A stretch of 64,000 nucleotides of DNA from Octopus sinensis (GCF_006345805.1 NC_043012.1:57412001-57476000); one strand, 5' to 3'. Counted from the first letter of the stretch, positions 25,501 through 38,683 are shown. A program made the numbers and translations. Notes: generated by a model from the letters alone, not told the origin.

Positions 25501-25822
25501 AAATTAAAAGTGTTCATTTACTTCCTGCATGTCTGTGTGTGTGTGTATATATATATTTATATATATATGTGGTGATTACCACTCTGTTATAGAAAAAGGC
25601 CATCTCTTCCATTAGTAAATGCTATCATGGGGATCTCATATGGCTAGTAAGCTTGGCTTTGGGCAAACAAACCCTATTACAGATGTTATTAGTATTTGTA
25701 GAGCAGAAAAGTGTCTGCGATTGAAGCGAAATCTTGTTTACAAAGTGCTCGTTTCAAGATTGTTTGAATCTCTGTGTTTTGAAATGCTTTACAACCATTG
25801 TAGATCAAGCACTGTGTGTGTG

Positions 25823-25883
<61 letters not shown>

Positions 25884-26350
25884 ACTATGTCTTCATATAG
25901 ATGTGTGAGCATATATATATATATAAAATAATGTATACACACATACACACACATATATACATATGTGCACACAAACATAATCACATTCCATATACAGGAC
26001 ATCAAACCAGCTAATGAGAGCAATATTAAGAAAGAAATGGATACGAAGACTGTAAACCACAAAGCTGTTCTGTTAATCATGGACGCTACAAGGCAGAAAA
26101 TGGAGTGGTTTGTCCATTGTAACAGCCAACACCACCAACCCAAGCCAGAGTGCAAACGGTCATGCTTGGACAAACCTCCCAGTAAAAGAGATTTAGGGAG
26201 ACCACAAAGGGGAGGCTGGTTGAATGGACAAAGAGGAAGACAGATGAAAAAACATGAGGTTTGTTAAGAAAAATGGAAGGAGAATGTAGTGTTCATTTTG
26301 GTGTATACATACAGCTTCCAAGTGGTAAGGGGTTATGATTGATTGATGCA

Positions 26351-27160
26351 TTGGGTTATCCCATAAATAATGCAGTTTTTTATACTTCTTTTATTTTTCG
26401 AACTTAAGACAAACAAATCTCTTTTTAATCTAAAATATACTCTCCTTCATTTTCTATAAAGCTCTTCCCTCTATCTGGTAGACTTGCAAGGCCTCTCTTC
26501 TAAAATTTACTTGCCCGTGACGAAAAATATTCCTCTAGTACTGTTCTGACCTCTTCTACAGAATTCATATTTCTTCTATCCAAATGATTTTGAAGACTGC
26601 AGAATAAATGATAATCATATGGGGCAATGTCCAGCAAATATGGTGGGTAGAACATCGTTTCCCATTCAAACTGCTCCAGCCTTTGGAATGTCATCCTCAC
26701 GGTATATGACTGAGCATTATCCTGATGAAAGAACACCTTTCATCTTGAAACCAAAGATGGTCGTTTGGCTTCTAATGCAGGTGTTAATAAATGGTTGAAT
26801 GACCAAATCCAAGCTTCTCTGCTAGTTCCTCAACAGTTATGATGGGATTTTGATCCACCAAATTTGCAGGACATTTTCATTGAGCTCTACAGATCTTCCA
26901 GGATGAGGCTCATCTTCTAAGCTGTAGTTTTTGGCTCAGAATTTCTGGAACCACCCACGTATATGTCTGATCCCCATATGCTGCATTAATGTCCTTCACA
27001 CTTTCTTTTGTATTGTTGACTTTATTGAACTCATAAAGCAAAATATGCCGAGTATGCTCCTTTGTCACTTCCATTATAGCTTTGAAAAAATAACTTTTAA
27101 AATCGAACTACACTCTTCAAAACTTGCACTGAGAATAAGGACAAGGTAAAATTACTTCTG
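26351..27160 (-). mobile_element. internally deleted mariner (DD34D) transposon
   Basis: ATG at 27074 MEVTKEHTRHILLYEFNK, WFQKF*AKNYSLEDEPHPGRS, then VFFHQDNA...PPYLLDIAPYDYHLF (YSPDLAP motif), stop at 26425-26427; TIR TTGGGTTATCCCATAAATAATGCAGTTTTT at 26351. Confidence 0.9.
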
Positions 27161-27164
27161 TGCC

Positions 27165-27690
27165 CATGCTGGAGCACCACCTTTAGTTGAACAAATCAAC
27201 CCCAGGACTTATTTTTTGCAAGCCTAGCATTTATTCAATTGGTCTCTTTTGCTGAACTGCTAAGTTATGGGGATGTAAATACACCAACATCAGTTGTCAA
27301 GCAATGGTGAAAGGGCACAAACACACACACACACACACATATCCTTTCTACTATAGGCACAAGGCCTCAAATTTGGCGAGTAGGGGACTAGTCGATAACA
27401 TCAACCCCAGTGTTTCAGTGGTACTTAATTTATCGACCCCGAAAGGATGAAAGGCAAAAGAGACTTTGTGGAATTTGAACCCAGAATATAGCGATGGGCG
27501 AAATACTGTTAAGAATTTCATCCAGCATTCTAACGATTCTGCCAGCTCAGCACCTTATATATATACATATGATGGGCTTCTTTCAGTTTCCATGTACCAG
27601 ATCCACTCAGAAGGCTTTGATCAGCCCAAGATGCCATACAGTGGGACTGATCCTGGAACCAAATGGCTGGGAAGGAAGCTTCTTACCAAA
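27165..27690 (-). mobile_element. SINE A split by a nested SINE B (27345-27555)
   Basis: A tail at 27165-27330, A head at 27565-27690, B copy at the internal (CA)n. Confidence 0.8.
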
Positions 27691-28590
27691 CACACACACA
27701 CATATAGACATACACACATATTTATATGTATGCACATACGCAAATGCATGAGCGAAAAGTTCTTTTACGTTATTAGATGGATGTGCTAAAAATAGTAGCC
27801 AAGTTTCCATCAAATCACACTCTATAGTTTAAAAGAAAGGAAGGGCACTGGATAATATGTTCCCTTGTCTGAAATGCAGAAGACAGGTGAGTGAAACTTG
27901 AAACACTTTTTATTAGGGTTCTCCTCAATTATGACTGTCCTGGGACTAAACAATGACATATTATCATACTTGTGTCAGTCTGAATTGCGACCATGCTGGG
28001 GCACTGCCTTGAATATGTCAGTCAATCAAATCAACATTAAAGCTTTAATTTAGGTCTGGTACTAAATCTGTCAGTCTCTCGTGGTTGAACCATCGACTTG
28101 TGCGGATGCAAGCCAACCAACAGCAGCTATCAAACACACACCAACATCAGCGATCAAAGACACACACACACGAAAAGCTTCTTCACAGTTTCCACCCAGT
28201 AAATTCACTTGCAAGGTATCATGTATTTAATTTATATTGCGATAGATGGGGCATAGATTTATTGGTTAAACTTTCAACAGATCAAAACAGAGCCAAGGGA
28301 GTGTCTGTAACTTGATGCAGAACAAATATGTCATGGGTAAATGGACATAAAACTCTGGTTTCTGTTTTAATTTTTCCAAGGATGTTTACACCTATTCAAT
28401 ATACACTGGTGAAAGACATCCAAACACTTACACACACACACACACACACATGACAGACTTTCGCATAGGTTGTCTTCCAAATTGGTCCATTCAAGGCTTT
28501 AGGAGAAAACATGCTAAAGATAATGCCCTGGGATTGAACCCAAAATTAACTTGTTGTAAAGCAAACTTCCTAACCACACTCCTATACTGT

Positions 28591-28628
<38 letters not shown>

Positions 28629-28704
28629 TACATACACACATACATCTATGCATATAAAACATGCTTACACATACACACGCACACATTAGTATGTATATCT
28701 TGGT

Positions 28705-28890
28705 TTCAATATTTGGCACAAGGCCAGCAATTGTGGGGTTGAGAGTAAGTCGATTACATTGACCATGGCACTCATGTGGTACTTCTTGTATCGACCTCAA
28801 AAGGACAAAGGGCAAAGTTGACCTCGGTGGAATGTGAACTCAGAATGTGAAGATGGATGAAATGCCGCTAAGCATTTCTGCCGGCTCAAC
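28705..28890 (-). mobile_element. SINE family B
   Basis: TTGGCACAAGGCCAGC tail and GAACTCAGAATGT head. Confidence 0.85.
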
Positions 28891-29677
28891 ATCTTCATAA
28901 TCTTTCCCATGGATAGACATGTTTTTGTGGAAGATTGGAAACAAAAGGACACTGCTTGTATGATGGTGATGCTCATTTACAACAACTTGCTCAACAGCAA
29001 GACAAAGGTAAACACTAACACAAGCACCCACGTACACACATATCCACATGAACATAAATACACACACACACACATTTCTTTATGTTTCTGTCTATCAAAT
29101 TCACTCATAAGGCTTTGATCAGCCTTTGACAATAGAAGACACTTGTCCAAGGTGGGTGCCATGAACCGGAAACCATGACCAGGAAGCAAATTTCTTGACT
29201 ACTACATGTACACTCACACACACACACACACATATATGAATGCAATAAGATCTAGTACAGAAATTACCACTTATTAAATAAATTAATATTCCAAGTACGT
29301 GTTATATTGAGCATCTTACTTTAATTGTAGTTCCTTCCGTATTTAATGGAATCACCAACCTCACACACACACACACACAATTATCATCATTTAACATCAG
29401 TTTTTCGCTTTCTTTTATGCTGGTATGTGTTTGCTGGTTTAACAGAAACTGGTGACGCAGAAGACTGAACCAAAACTCCAATATCTGCTTCAGCATGGTT
29501 CCTGTGGACGCATGATTGTCCCAATGCCAACCACTTTACAGAGTAGACGGGGTGCTTTCAATGTGGCACCACCACAAGTGAAATCACCAAGTAACTCACA
29601 AGACAAGATTGCCCCCAACAGAGGTGGGGAGCATTGAAGGGTCTTTATGCCAAGTCATGAGAGACTAAACTATGATA

Positions 29678-29988
29678 AAGGGTGAAGGTGACCTCCTTTG
29701 ATCATGAATGGCCATGGGATTACCCTCTGAGGCACAAGTCCAGACAAAGTTAATTATGGAAGACCAACAGTCGCCCATGCATACCAGCTTCCCTTCTCCA
29801 TGCCACCAATATTATTCAAGACAAAGGCAAAGACCAATACAGCTTGGCACCAGGGATGTCGCAACTCATTTCTACATAAAGTAAAGTGTCTTGCTCAAGA
29901 ACACAGCATGCAGCCCGGTCTGAGAATTGAACTCACAACCGCACAATCATAAGCTTGATGCTCTAACCACTGAGCCATGAGCCTTCAC
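29678..29988 (-). mobile_element. SINE family C (tRNA head, CORE-like middle, RTE-like tail)
   Basis: Reverse complement of 31476-31816. Confidence 0.85.
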
Positions 29989-30214
29989 CAAACTAAGATA
30001 GGGGGACAGATATAACTGATGATGGCAACGGAAATTGCCAAAACTGACGTCAGTCTTAAGAATTCTCAGTCAGCATTTTTCAGGCAATTATGGTCCCTGT
30101 TAGAACATATATTTTCATTCATGTGCATTAACTACAGTATTAGAGCATTTTAGCTCTTATTTCTAGCAATGTAGAACACTCTAATCACATTTTTAACATC
30201 CTAATCACATTTAG

Positions 30215-30440
30215 TGACATATGGCGTAGAGGTTAAGAGCACGGGCAACTAACCCCAAGATTCCAAGTTCAATTCCAAGCAGTGACCTGAATAATAATAA
30301 TAATAACAACATCGAAACATATACCTTAGGAATGAGAACCTAGGTTCGAAATTTCCCCAAGACACCTGATGAAGGCTGGAGGGTATATCAGCCGAAACGT
30401 TGAGTTAACAATAAACAAGATGAGGACAAATATCGGTCAA
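30215..30440 (+). mobile_element. SINE family H: Pol III head plus hammerhead-bearing tail
   Basis: A-box TGGCGTAGAGG at 30222-30232, B-box AGTTCAATTCC at 30266-30276, (AAT)n linker, hammerhead at 30361-30406. Confidence 0.7.
30361..30406 (+). ncRNA. minimal type I hammerhead ribozyme (Penelope-type)
   Basis: Stem I GACAC/GAGTT (one mismatch), core CTGATGA at 30366-30372, extra A, stem II GGCTG/CAGCC, GAAAC, palindromic stem III AC/GT, predicted cleavage after GTT at 30401. Confidence 0.7.
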
Positions 30441-30965
30441 ATGGTGAAACATTGCAACCTGCTGTTTATATTAATTTTGTATAAAGTCACAAACGACGGA
30501 AATAGTTTCAGGAAATTTTATTTGACAATAAGGAAATTCTAATTTTACAACAAATTGTTTCGTAACTTATCATTTTCTCTTGTATCATACTATACATTCT
30601 ATATATTTAGTAGAATGGTACATTTTATGAGGACTATCACAAATTACTTGAATCCATATATTGTGACTTAAACGCACACATACACACACACACACTTATA
30701 CACATATATGCAAATACAAATATACATCAATGATACTTAGTTTGTAGTCACTGAGTTTCCTTTTTTGATCCCTTCGGAAAGACTGATTAAATAATTGTAC
30801 CAGTAATATAATTGGGGCCATTTACTCAAACTGTAAATATCCTACTCAAAATCTCTATTTTTATTTTACCTTATCAGAAGAAATTATAAAGCTGAGGTTG
30901 AGTGTTAATAGGAAAAAGCAATGGTACTGTTGGTCCCAGGTTCAAATTGAACACTAAGTACATAT

Positions 30966-30996
<31 letters not shown>

Positions 30997-31475
30997 TTCA
31001 GTGACATCATATCATCATCATCATCATCATCGTTTAACGTCTGCTTTCCATGCTAGCATGGGTTGGACGATTTTGACTGAGGGCTGGCGAACCAGATGGC
31101 TACCCTTCCTAACGCCAAATGTTGAGCTAAAATAGTAGCCTCTGCACAGATGGTCAACTTCCAGGAAGTAGCAGTCAAATCTCCCTCAAATCACAGCCTG
31201 TCATCGTTAAAGTTAAAATAAAAGAACAACATTGAATGGTCAAGGCCAGAATGTCTTTGATTACAAGTCTGCTCAATCAAAGTTGATCTGGAGATCAATG
31301 GAGAAGGGCTAATTTGGATATAAATGATTTCTTTCTTTGGCACAAAGTTAGAAATGAACAACCCTGCTTGTATGATGGTGATGCTCATTTACAACCGTCA
31401 TGTGATGTCAAGACAAGGGTATACACTCACACAATTTATATATTTATATATATACATATATATATACATACATAC

Positions 31476-31812
31476 AAGGTGCTTGGCTCAGTGGTTAGAG
31501 TGTCAGGCTCATAATCACGAGGTAATGAGTTTGATTCTCAGACAAGGCTGTGTGTTGTGTTCTTGACCAAGACACTTTATTTCATGTTGCTCCAGTTCGC
31601 TCCGCTACAGAAATGAGTTGCAATATCATTGGTGCCAAGCTGTATCGGCCTTTGCCTTTCCCTTGGATAACATCAGTGGCGTGGAGAGGGGTGGCTGGTA
31701 GGAATGGGCGACTTCCATAAACAACCTTGACTAGACTTGTGCCTCAGAGGGTAACTTTCTAGGTGCAATTCCATGGTCATTCATGATTGAAGTGTGTCCT
31801 TACCCTTTTTAC

Positions 31813-31816
<4 letters not shown>
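31476..31816 (+). mobile_element. SINE family C, full length
   Basis: TGGCTCAGTGGTTAGAG A-box, GAGTTTGATTC B-box, GTGTTCTTGACCAAGACAC CORE-like block, (ACCTTT)-type tail. Confidence 0.9.
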
Positions 31817-31859
<43 letters not shown>

Positions 31860-31860
31860 A

Positions 31861-32263
31861 CTCTTTTACTCTTTTGTTTCAGTCATTTGACTGTGGCAAT
31901 GCTGGAGCACTGCTTTTATTTAGTTGAGCAAATCGACCCCAGGACTTATTCTTTGTGGGCCTAGATTTATTCTATCGGTCTCTTTTGCCGAACTACTAAG
32001 TTATGGGGACGTAAACAGATCAGCTTTGGTTATCAAGCAATGTGGGGGGGGGGGACAAACACAAACACACAAACATATACGCACACATATATACACATAT
32101 ACGACGGGCTTCTTTCAGTTTCTGTCTACCAAATCCACTCACAAGTCTTTGGTTGGCCCGAGGCTATAGTAGAAGTCACTTGCCCAAGGTGCCACACAGT
32201 GGGAGTGAACTCAGAACCATGTGGTTGGTAAGCACGCTACTTACCACACAGCCACTCCTATGT
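31861..32263 (-). mobile_element. SINE family A, full length
   Basis: Complete match to family A. Confidence 0.9.
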
Positions 32264-32589
32264 CTTAGGAGAACCAAGGTTCTCCTAAGAAATTTAATTT
32301 CTTCCTGAAGCAATTTGTCACTTGAAATATTCATAAACCAAAACTAATATTCCTACAGAAAATTCCAAAGATGGCACTGTGAATTTGAGCAGGCATGTGC
32401 ACTGAGTATTGAATCTGAGACCACGTGATTGGGAAGCAAGCTTCCTAACATGATGGTCATGCCATTACCCAAAACACTGCTGACACTTCTAAAAGAAGTT
32501 GCTGCTGGAAGATACACTCAGTAATTTCGAAAACCAATGGAAACAGTTTCTTTGGTTCAGTTGGAACATTAGCTGCCACTGCTGAACTG

Positions 32590-32905
32590 GGAGTTTCTGT
32601 CAGTTATGATGGTGAGGGTTCCCCTTGACACGATCAATAGAATAAGCTATTTGTGACATTAACATGCAAGTGGCTGAGCAATGCACAGACAGATGCACCC
32701 TTAATTTAGCTCTCAGGTGGGGGATTCAGTATGACACGGAATGTGACAAGACCGGCCCTTTGAGATACAGGTAGAACTAACTCTTGCCAGCTGATGAACT
32801 GGGGGTAACTTGAAATAAAGTGTCTTGCTGGAGGGCATAGTGCACTGCTGAAAATTGAACTCGCAACCTTATGGCTGTGAGCCACATACCCTAACCACTA
32901 AAACA
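32590..32905 (-). mobile_element. SINE family D
   Basis: Reverse complement of 50965-51250 (GCAAGTGGCTGAG, AAGTGTCTTGCT, GAACTCGCAACC). Confidence 0.75.
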
Positions 32906-33429
32906 TATGCCTCAACATTTCAGGTATTTTTTGTTATAAGTTCATATTCCAGTGGAATCAAACCGCCCGCCATTGTCATCATCGTCATCATCATCATCGT
33001 CATCATCATCATTGTCATCATCATCACCACCACCACCACCACCACCACCACCATCATCATCGTTTAATGTCCATTTTCCATGCTGGCATGGATTGGACAG
33101 TTTGACCGAAAACTGGTAAGCTGGGGTGTTGCACCAGGTTCCAATCTTATTTGGCAAGGTTTCTACGGCTGGATGCCCTTCCTAAAGCCAGTCCTTTCAT
33201 CTTAAGGCCAACTTAATTATATCTATCATCTTTTTTGGATCTTTCAATTTCAATTTCCACAGCAGGTGCCAGCTTTGTCCTTCAGCACAACTAAGAAACA
33301 AACGATTCCACTGGTTAATTATACCTTATGAATTTGGTATTTTTAACTTTGAGTTTAGGCTCTGCTGAGGTCAAATTTGGTCATTCATTCCACCAAATAT
33401 TTTGGAGTGCATTGACTATCATTAATCTT

Positions 33430-33845
33430 TAATCTTTTACTTGTTTCAATCACTGGACTGTGGCCATGCTGGGGCACTGTCTCAAAGGGTTCATTGAACA
33501 AATATGTCCTAGTAGTTTTTTTCATGCCTGCTACTTATTCTATCGATCTCTTTTGCTAAACTGCTAAATCATGGGGACATAAACAAACCAACACTTTTGT
33601 CAAGCAGTGGTGGGACAAACACACACACAAGGTCATACACACACACAAGGCCATACACACACACACATTGCATGTGCACACGTAAATCATGGATTCCCCA
33701 CAATTTCTGTTTACCAAATTCACTCACAAGGCATTGGTTGGCCTGGGACTACAACAGACAACAACTGCCTACAAAGGTACAACACAGTGGAATTGAACCC
33801 ATAACAGCATGGTTGCAAAGTGAGATTCTTAACCATACAGCCATG
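33430..33845 (-). mobile_element. old SINE family A
   Basis: GTGGCCATGCTGGGGCAC tail and GGAATTGAACCC head. Confidence 0.75.
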
Positions 33846-34748
33846 CTTAATCAGATTTGTTCTGTCCTCCATCCTATTAAATTTACAGATCGGAATTTAT
33901 AAAATGGATCCCTGTTGATTTCAGCAATATATATTCAATTGTTACTTGTTCACTGAATCAACATAACAGAGGTTGAATATTCCATAGCCATATATACCCT
34001 TAATTTGTATGATGCAGTGATGTGACAGGGCCAAACCTTGAAATTAAAACGTACAATTCCATCCAAGAGGCTTCCTTGCAGTTTCTCCTTTATTTAGTTT
34101 CTTTGATAAAGCTTGGATCAAATTGAAACTACAGCCCAAAAAAAAAAGAAAAAAGAAAAAGGGCACTTGCCAAAGGTATCATGCAATGGGATTGAACCCA
34201 TAATTTCAGGATTGCAAACTTAACTCCTTAACCACTCAGCCACTCTAGCATCTATATTACAGCCTGTATACAAATTGCCTATCATCATCCTCCCTTGCAC
34301 AATATTTTTTTTCCCTTCTTCATGTACCGAGTGCAAAAAAGAAAAAAAACAACTTTTTTTTTTTTTTTTGAAAAATTGAAAAACAATATGATAAAAAACA
34401 AAACCTGAAAAAAAATCTTAAAAATCGATATTTAGAAATAGAAGATCTTTATGGAATGTAATACAAAGAGAGTCCATATAACGTTTCAATTCACCACCCA
34501 CATCTCTGCCACCCTGCCATTGTAAAATTGCCGAACTATGCTTATTTTGCAGACAACAAACTCACAGAGCAAAAGACTTTACATTCGTATTTTTATGATG
34601 CTTATAATATTGGTTAAGGGAAAGAAAATAAAAACAAAAAACAAACAAGCAACAAAAAAACCCAGATACATACATACGTATAAGTGTATATGTGTATGCA
34701 TGTATATGTATATATATATACACATGCATATGTATGTGTGTATGTATG

Positions 34749-34780
<32 letters not shown>

Positions 34781-34850
34781 TATATATATAACTAAATTCA
34801 AAAATAAAAACCAGTTATTTTTAAATGGAAAGTGTATGTGTGTATGCATG

Positions 34851-34900
<50 letters not shown>

Positions 34901-34908
34901 GTGCGTAT

Positions 34909-34963
<55 letters not shown>

Positions 34964-35469
34964 TATATATATAACTAAATTCAAAAATAAAAACCATTTA
35001 TTTTTAAATGGAAAGAAACGCCTTAAAATTGTGTATGTATATGCATAGTTATATGCAAGCATGCATGTATATACATATTTACACACACACACACACACAC
35101 ACGCACACAGATATATATACATACACATACACAAAGCACATATATACATAAATGTGTATATGTGTAGGCACATATATTACACATAGATAACAATACAAAC
35201 ACACATTTTCATGTACATACACACACACATGCATACACATATACACACACGTACGCATAAATATACACACACATGCACATATACACACACGTACGCATAA
35301 ATACACACACACATCCTTACATATATACATTAATACAAACACACAAACATACACACACACACATACATACACATAAATTACACACACACACACACAAATA
35401 TATACACACACATACAATATCAAATTTTGAATATTCAAGACAACACGCAGGGAGAGAAAGATGAGAGAC

Positions 35470-36000
35470 TCTGGATAAGCTACTTGATGCGCTAGAAATA
35501 GCAGCTAACTAAATTCACTCAGATAACACCTTTCTGGTTTAACAGAAATGGAAGATCACATGGGACATTGCAAGTAGTCTTAAATATCAGGAAAATATAA
35601 AGACGTGATGGTCATGGTGGGAACACGTATCTTTGATTCCAGCTCTCTGTGCTGCAGGATGTCTTGCTGAGGTGGGACTAAACGGCCACAATTTACAATA
35701 TTAGGCAATAAGATAGTTCGAACTGCTAAGAAATAACTGCTAAATACTCGACATCGTTTAAGGAAAGGGAAGGACAATCCAATGAGGTCGGCCGATCGAC
35801 TAGAAATAGCAACCAAATCATCTTCAAATCGCTGGATATGAAGAACGTCTATCAGTTCAGTTGGGACTGACAGCTGGGACTCGGTGAGTGAGAGAGGGAG
35901 GGAGAGAGATGTTACTCAGTCGCGTGACCTGCTAGAAATAACAGCCAAATTCTCTCGGGTCGCACCATTACATCATTAATAATGAAAGGACATATCAGAT
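35470..36000 (-). repeat. TR array (~3 degenerate units)
   Basis: CTAGAAATAGCAGC / CTAGAAATAGCAACC / CTAGAAATAACAGCC at ~35490, 35800 and 35935. Confidence 0.6.
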
Positions 36001-36132
36001 AAAATGTAATTCTAGATATACATAATAATAATAATAATAATAATAATATAATAATAATAATAATAATTTGCCCTAGGAGTCGGGAAGACACTCGGCAAGA
36101 AATGGAAGCAAATTTGAAAGAAGAAAAAAAAA

Positions 36133-36175
<43 letters not shown>

Positions 36176-36189
36176 TGATGATAATAATG

Positions 36190-36590
36190 GTTTCAAATTT
36201 TGGCACAAGGCCAGCAACTTCGGAGGAGGGGGTAAGTCGATTACATTGACACCAGTGCTAAACTGTTAATTATTTCATCGACCCCGAATTGATGAAAGGC
36301 GAAATTGATTTCGGCGCGATTTGAACCCAGAACGTAAAGAGCCGAAAGAAATACCGCTAAGCATTTTGTCCGAAGAAACAAGACCCGCAGTTTTAATGGA
36401 GAGGCGCGGGGCGGGGTGGGGGGTAATCGATTACATCGATCCCGGTACTAGACTGGTACTTTATTTTATCGACCCTGAAAGGATGCAAGGAGTAGTCGAC
36501 CTGATCGGGATTTGAGCTCAGAATCCAAACAGTTGAAAGAAATGCCACAAAGCGTTTCGTCCGACGTGCTACCGTTTCTATCATTCCGGC
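36190..36590 (-). mobile_element. two tandem SINE family B copies, CpG-retaining
   Basis: Two B-box complements; many intact CpGs. Confidence 0.85.
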
Positions 36591-36799
36591 AGGATGGTCA
36601 CCGCTGGAATGAATTGCTCTGATCTACTTCATAAGGACTGAGCTAGGTCAAATTACAACAGCAATAACAACAGTAACAACAAATTTTGACTATCTTTAGC
36701 AGTTGCACTTCTGTTAAGGGTACAAAACGGGTAAATACCAACGAAATTCTTTAGAATGGGGTATATAAGTCTGACTATGCGTCTGTCTATCACTTGATA

Positions 36800-37950
36800 A
36801 TAATCTATAGTTTGTTGTTTAATCCTAGGTCAGCGGTTACCGAGGAGACCAATGATCAAAGGCGTTCCAGCTGTGACAATCTCACCTTTTCCCTTCCTAT
36901 GTGCAGGAAATTCAAGACCACGTTATCCAAAGGTGCAGTGTTATTTGAGGGAGATTTGGTTGCTATTTCTAGCAAAGTCGAATGACCACTTAGCAGCTGT
37001 TTAATCTCTGGTCAGTCTTGATTAAGTGGACCTATGAACAGAGGCGTTCCAGCTGTGACCATCGTGCTTTTTCATTCTTATGTGCAGGGAATCCAAGACT
37101 ACATTATCGAACGACGCAGTGCCATTTGGATGAGATTGGGTTGCTATTTCTAGCAATGTCAAGCGACCACTCAGCGGCTGGTTAATCCCAGATCAGCTTT
37201 GACTGAGTAGGCCTATGATCAAAGGCAATCCACTTGTGACAACCTCACCCGTTCCTTTCCTATACGTAGGGACCGCACACCAGCGGTAGGGAGTAATTTG
37301 AGGGAGATCTTGGTTGCTGTTTCTAGCAAAGTCGAACAACTACTTAGCGGCTGTTTAGTCCCAAGTCAGCGTTGAGTAAACCTATGAGCAACGGTATTCC
37401 AACCGAGACCATCCCTTCTTTCTTGTATATTTGAGACTTGCATTCTCTAACACATACGGCTCTTCAATTTTCAAAGGCGGTGGGTGTGACTGGAAATATA
37501 TTTGGCTGCTAGTTCTAGCAAGCAAGGCAACCATGTAGAGGTCCACGCGACGGCTTGAATAGTTGTTGTTTAACACCAGGTCAGCCCTGACTTAGCAGAC
37601 CCATGATCAGAGTTATCCAGCTGTGACCAACTCATCTTATTGAATAGAAAGAACTCGGGACAACATTTGAGACGATACTGTCAGATTCGAAGTTGATTTA
37701 GTTGCTGTTTCTTGTAGGCCGAGTGACAAACGTTGAGGTTCCCTCGTTTTGTGTTTAACCGCAGTCCGTCTGTAAATGAACAAATCTCAGATCAAAGACA
37801 TTCCAAACGTGACGAACTTGTCTTTTCTCTTACATTATTCATTCAATGGCAACCCTTTCCGATTCGTAAGAGCAGTATGCAATTGCAGTGAGATTCGGCT
37901 GTGGTTTCTAGCAATCACAGTGACCACGCAGGGACGTCATCGTTCGCTTG
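36800..37950 (+). repeat. six-unit tandem array of the ~180-200-bp TR repeat
   Basis: Unit starts (GTTTAA..CAGGTCAGC) at 36817, 36999, 37180, 37353, 37568 and 37753 (spacing 173-215 bp). Confidence 0.85.
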
Positions 37951-38249
37951 TTCCTTTATTAATATAACTGTGTTTATTTCTCGACTAACATTAAAAAAGA
38001 AATTTTTCTATAAAAATTATTTTTTTTATTTTCATTTGATTTTAACCATTAAATTTTCTTTTCCTTTTATTTATACTTTATAGACCAGCAATTTGTGTGT
38101 GTGTGTGTGTTTGTGTGTGTGTGTATGTGTGTCTGTGTATTTGTATATATATGTGTGTGTGTTTGTTTCAAGTATACTGATTGGGTATAATTTTGTTAAT
38201 TACAAAAATTTTAAATGATTTATTTTCTATAAAAATAAACAATTTTGTC

Positions 38250-38287
38250 ACACACATACACATACATACACATGTACATGATCCTCC

Positions 38288-38332
<45 letters not shown>

Positions 38333-38651
38333 TATATACATATACATAGGTGCATATGCATACATCCAAACGGATACGTACACGCATACATATATACACA
38401 TAAATATACATACATGCATACAGACACATAACACACACACCAAAATACAGACACACTATGTACACATACATACATATATGTATACACATATATATTCAAA
38501 GACATAGACACATATAACCATACATACATACATACATACATATATACATACATACATACATACAAACGTACACAGATATATGCATATATACATACGTACA
38601 TACAAATACTTACACACATTCATATACATATGCTTATACATATCCATACCC

Positions 38652-38683
<32 letters not shown>

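Noticed and set aside
33896-34610. Plus-strand candidate exons (33896-33978, 34552-34609) with compatible phase; similar candidates near 24584-24702, 30876-30938 and 61030-61081
   Set aside because: Weak GTT donors, in-frame stops or SINE-derived starts; no recognisable peptide; such signals are expected by chance in AT-rich DNA
34785-35015. ~180-bp local duplication of ACTAAATTCAAAAATAAAAACC...AAATGGAAAG
   Set aside because: Bounded by (TA)n tracts; ordinary slippage or an assembly stutter
36800-37950. Hammerhead, HDV-like or twister ribozyme in the TR monomer or the 66-bp unit
   Set aside because: No CTGANGA plus GAAA pair and no convincing nested pseudoknot by eye; a covariance-model search is still warranted
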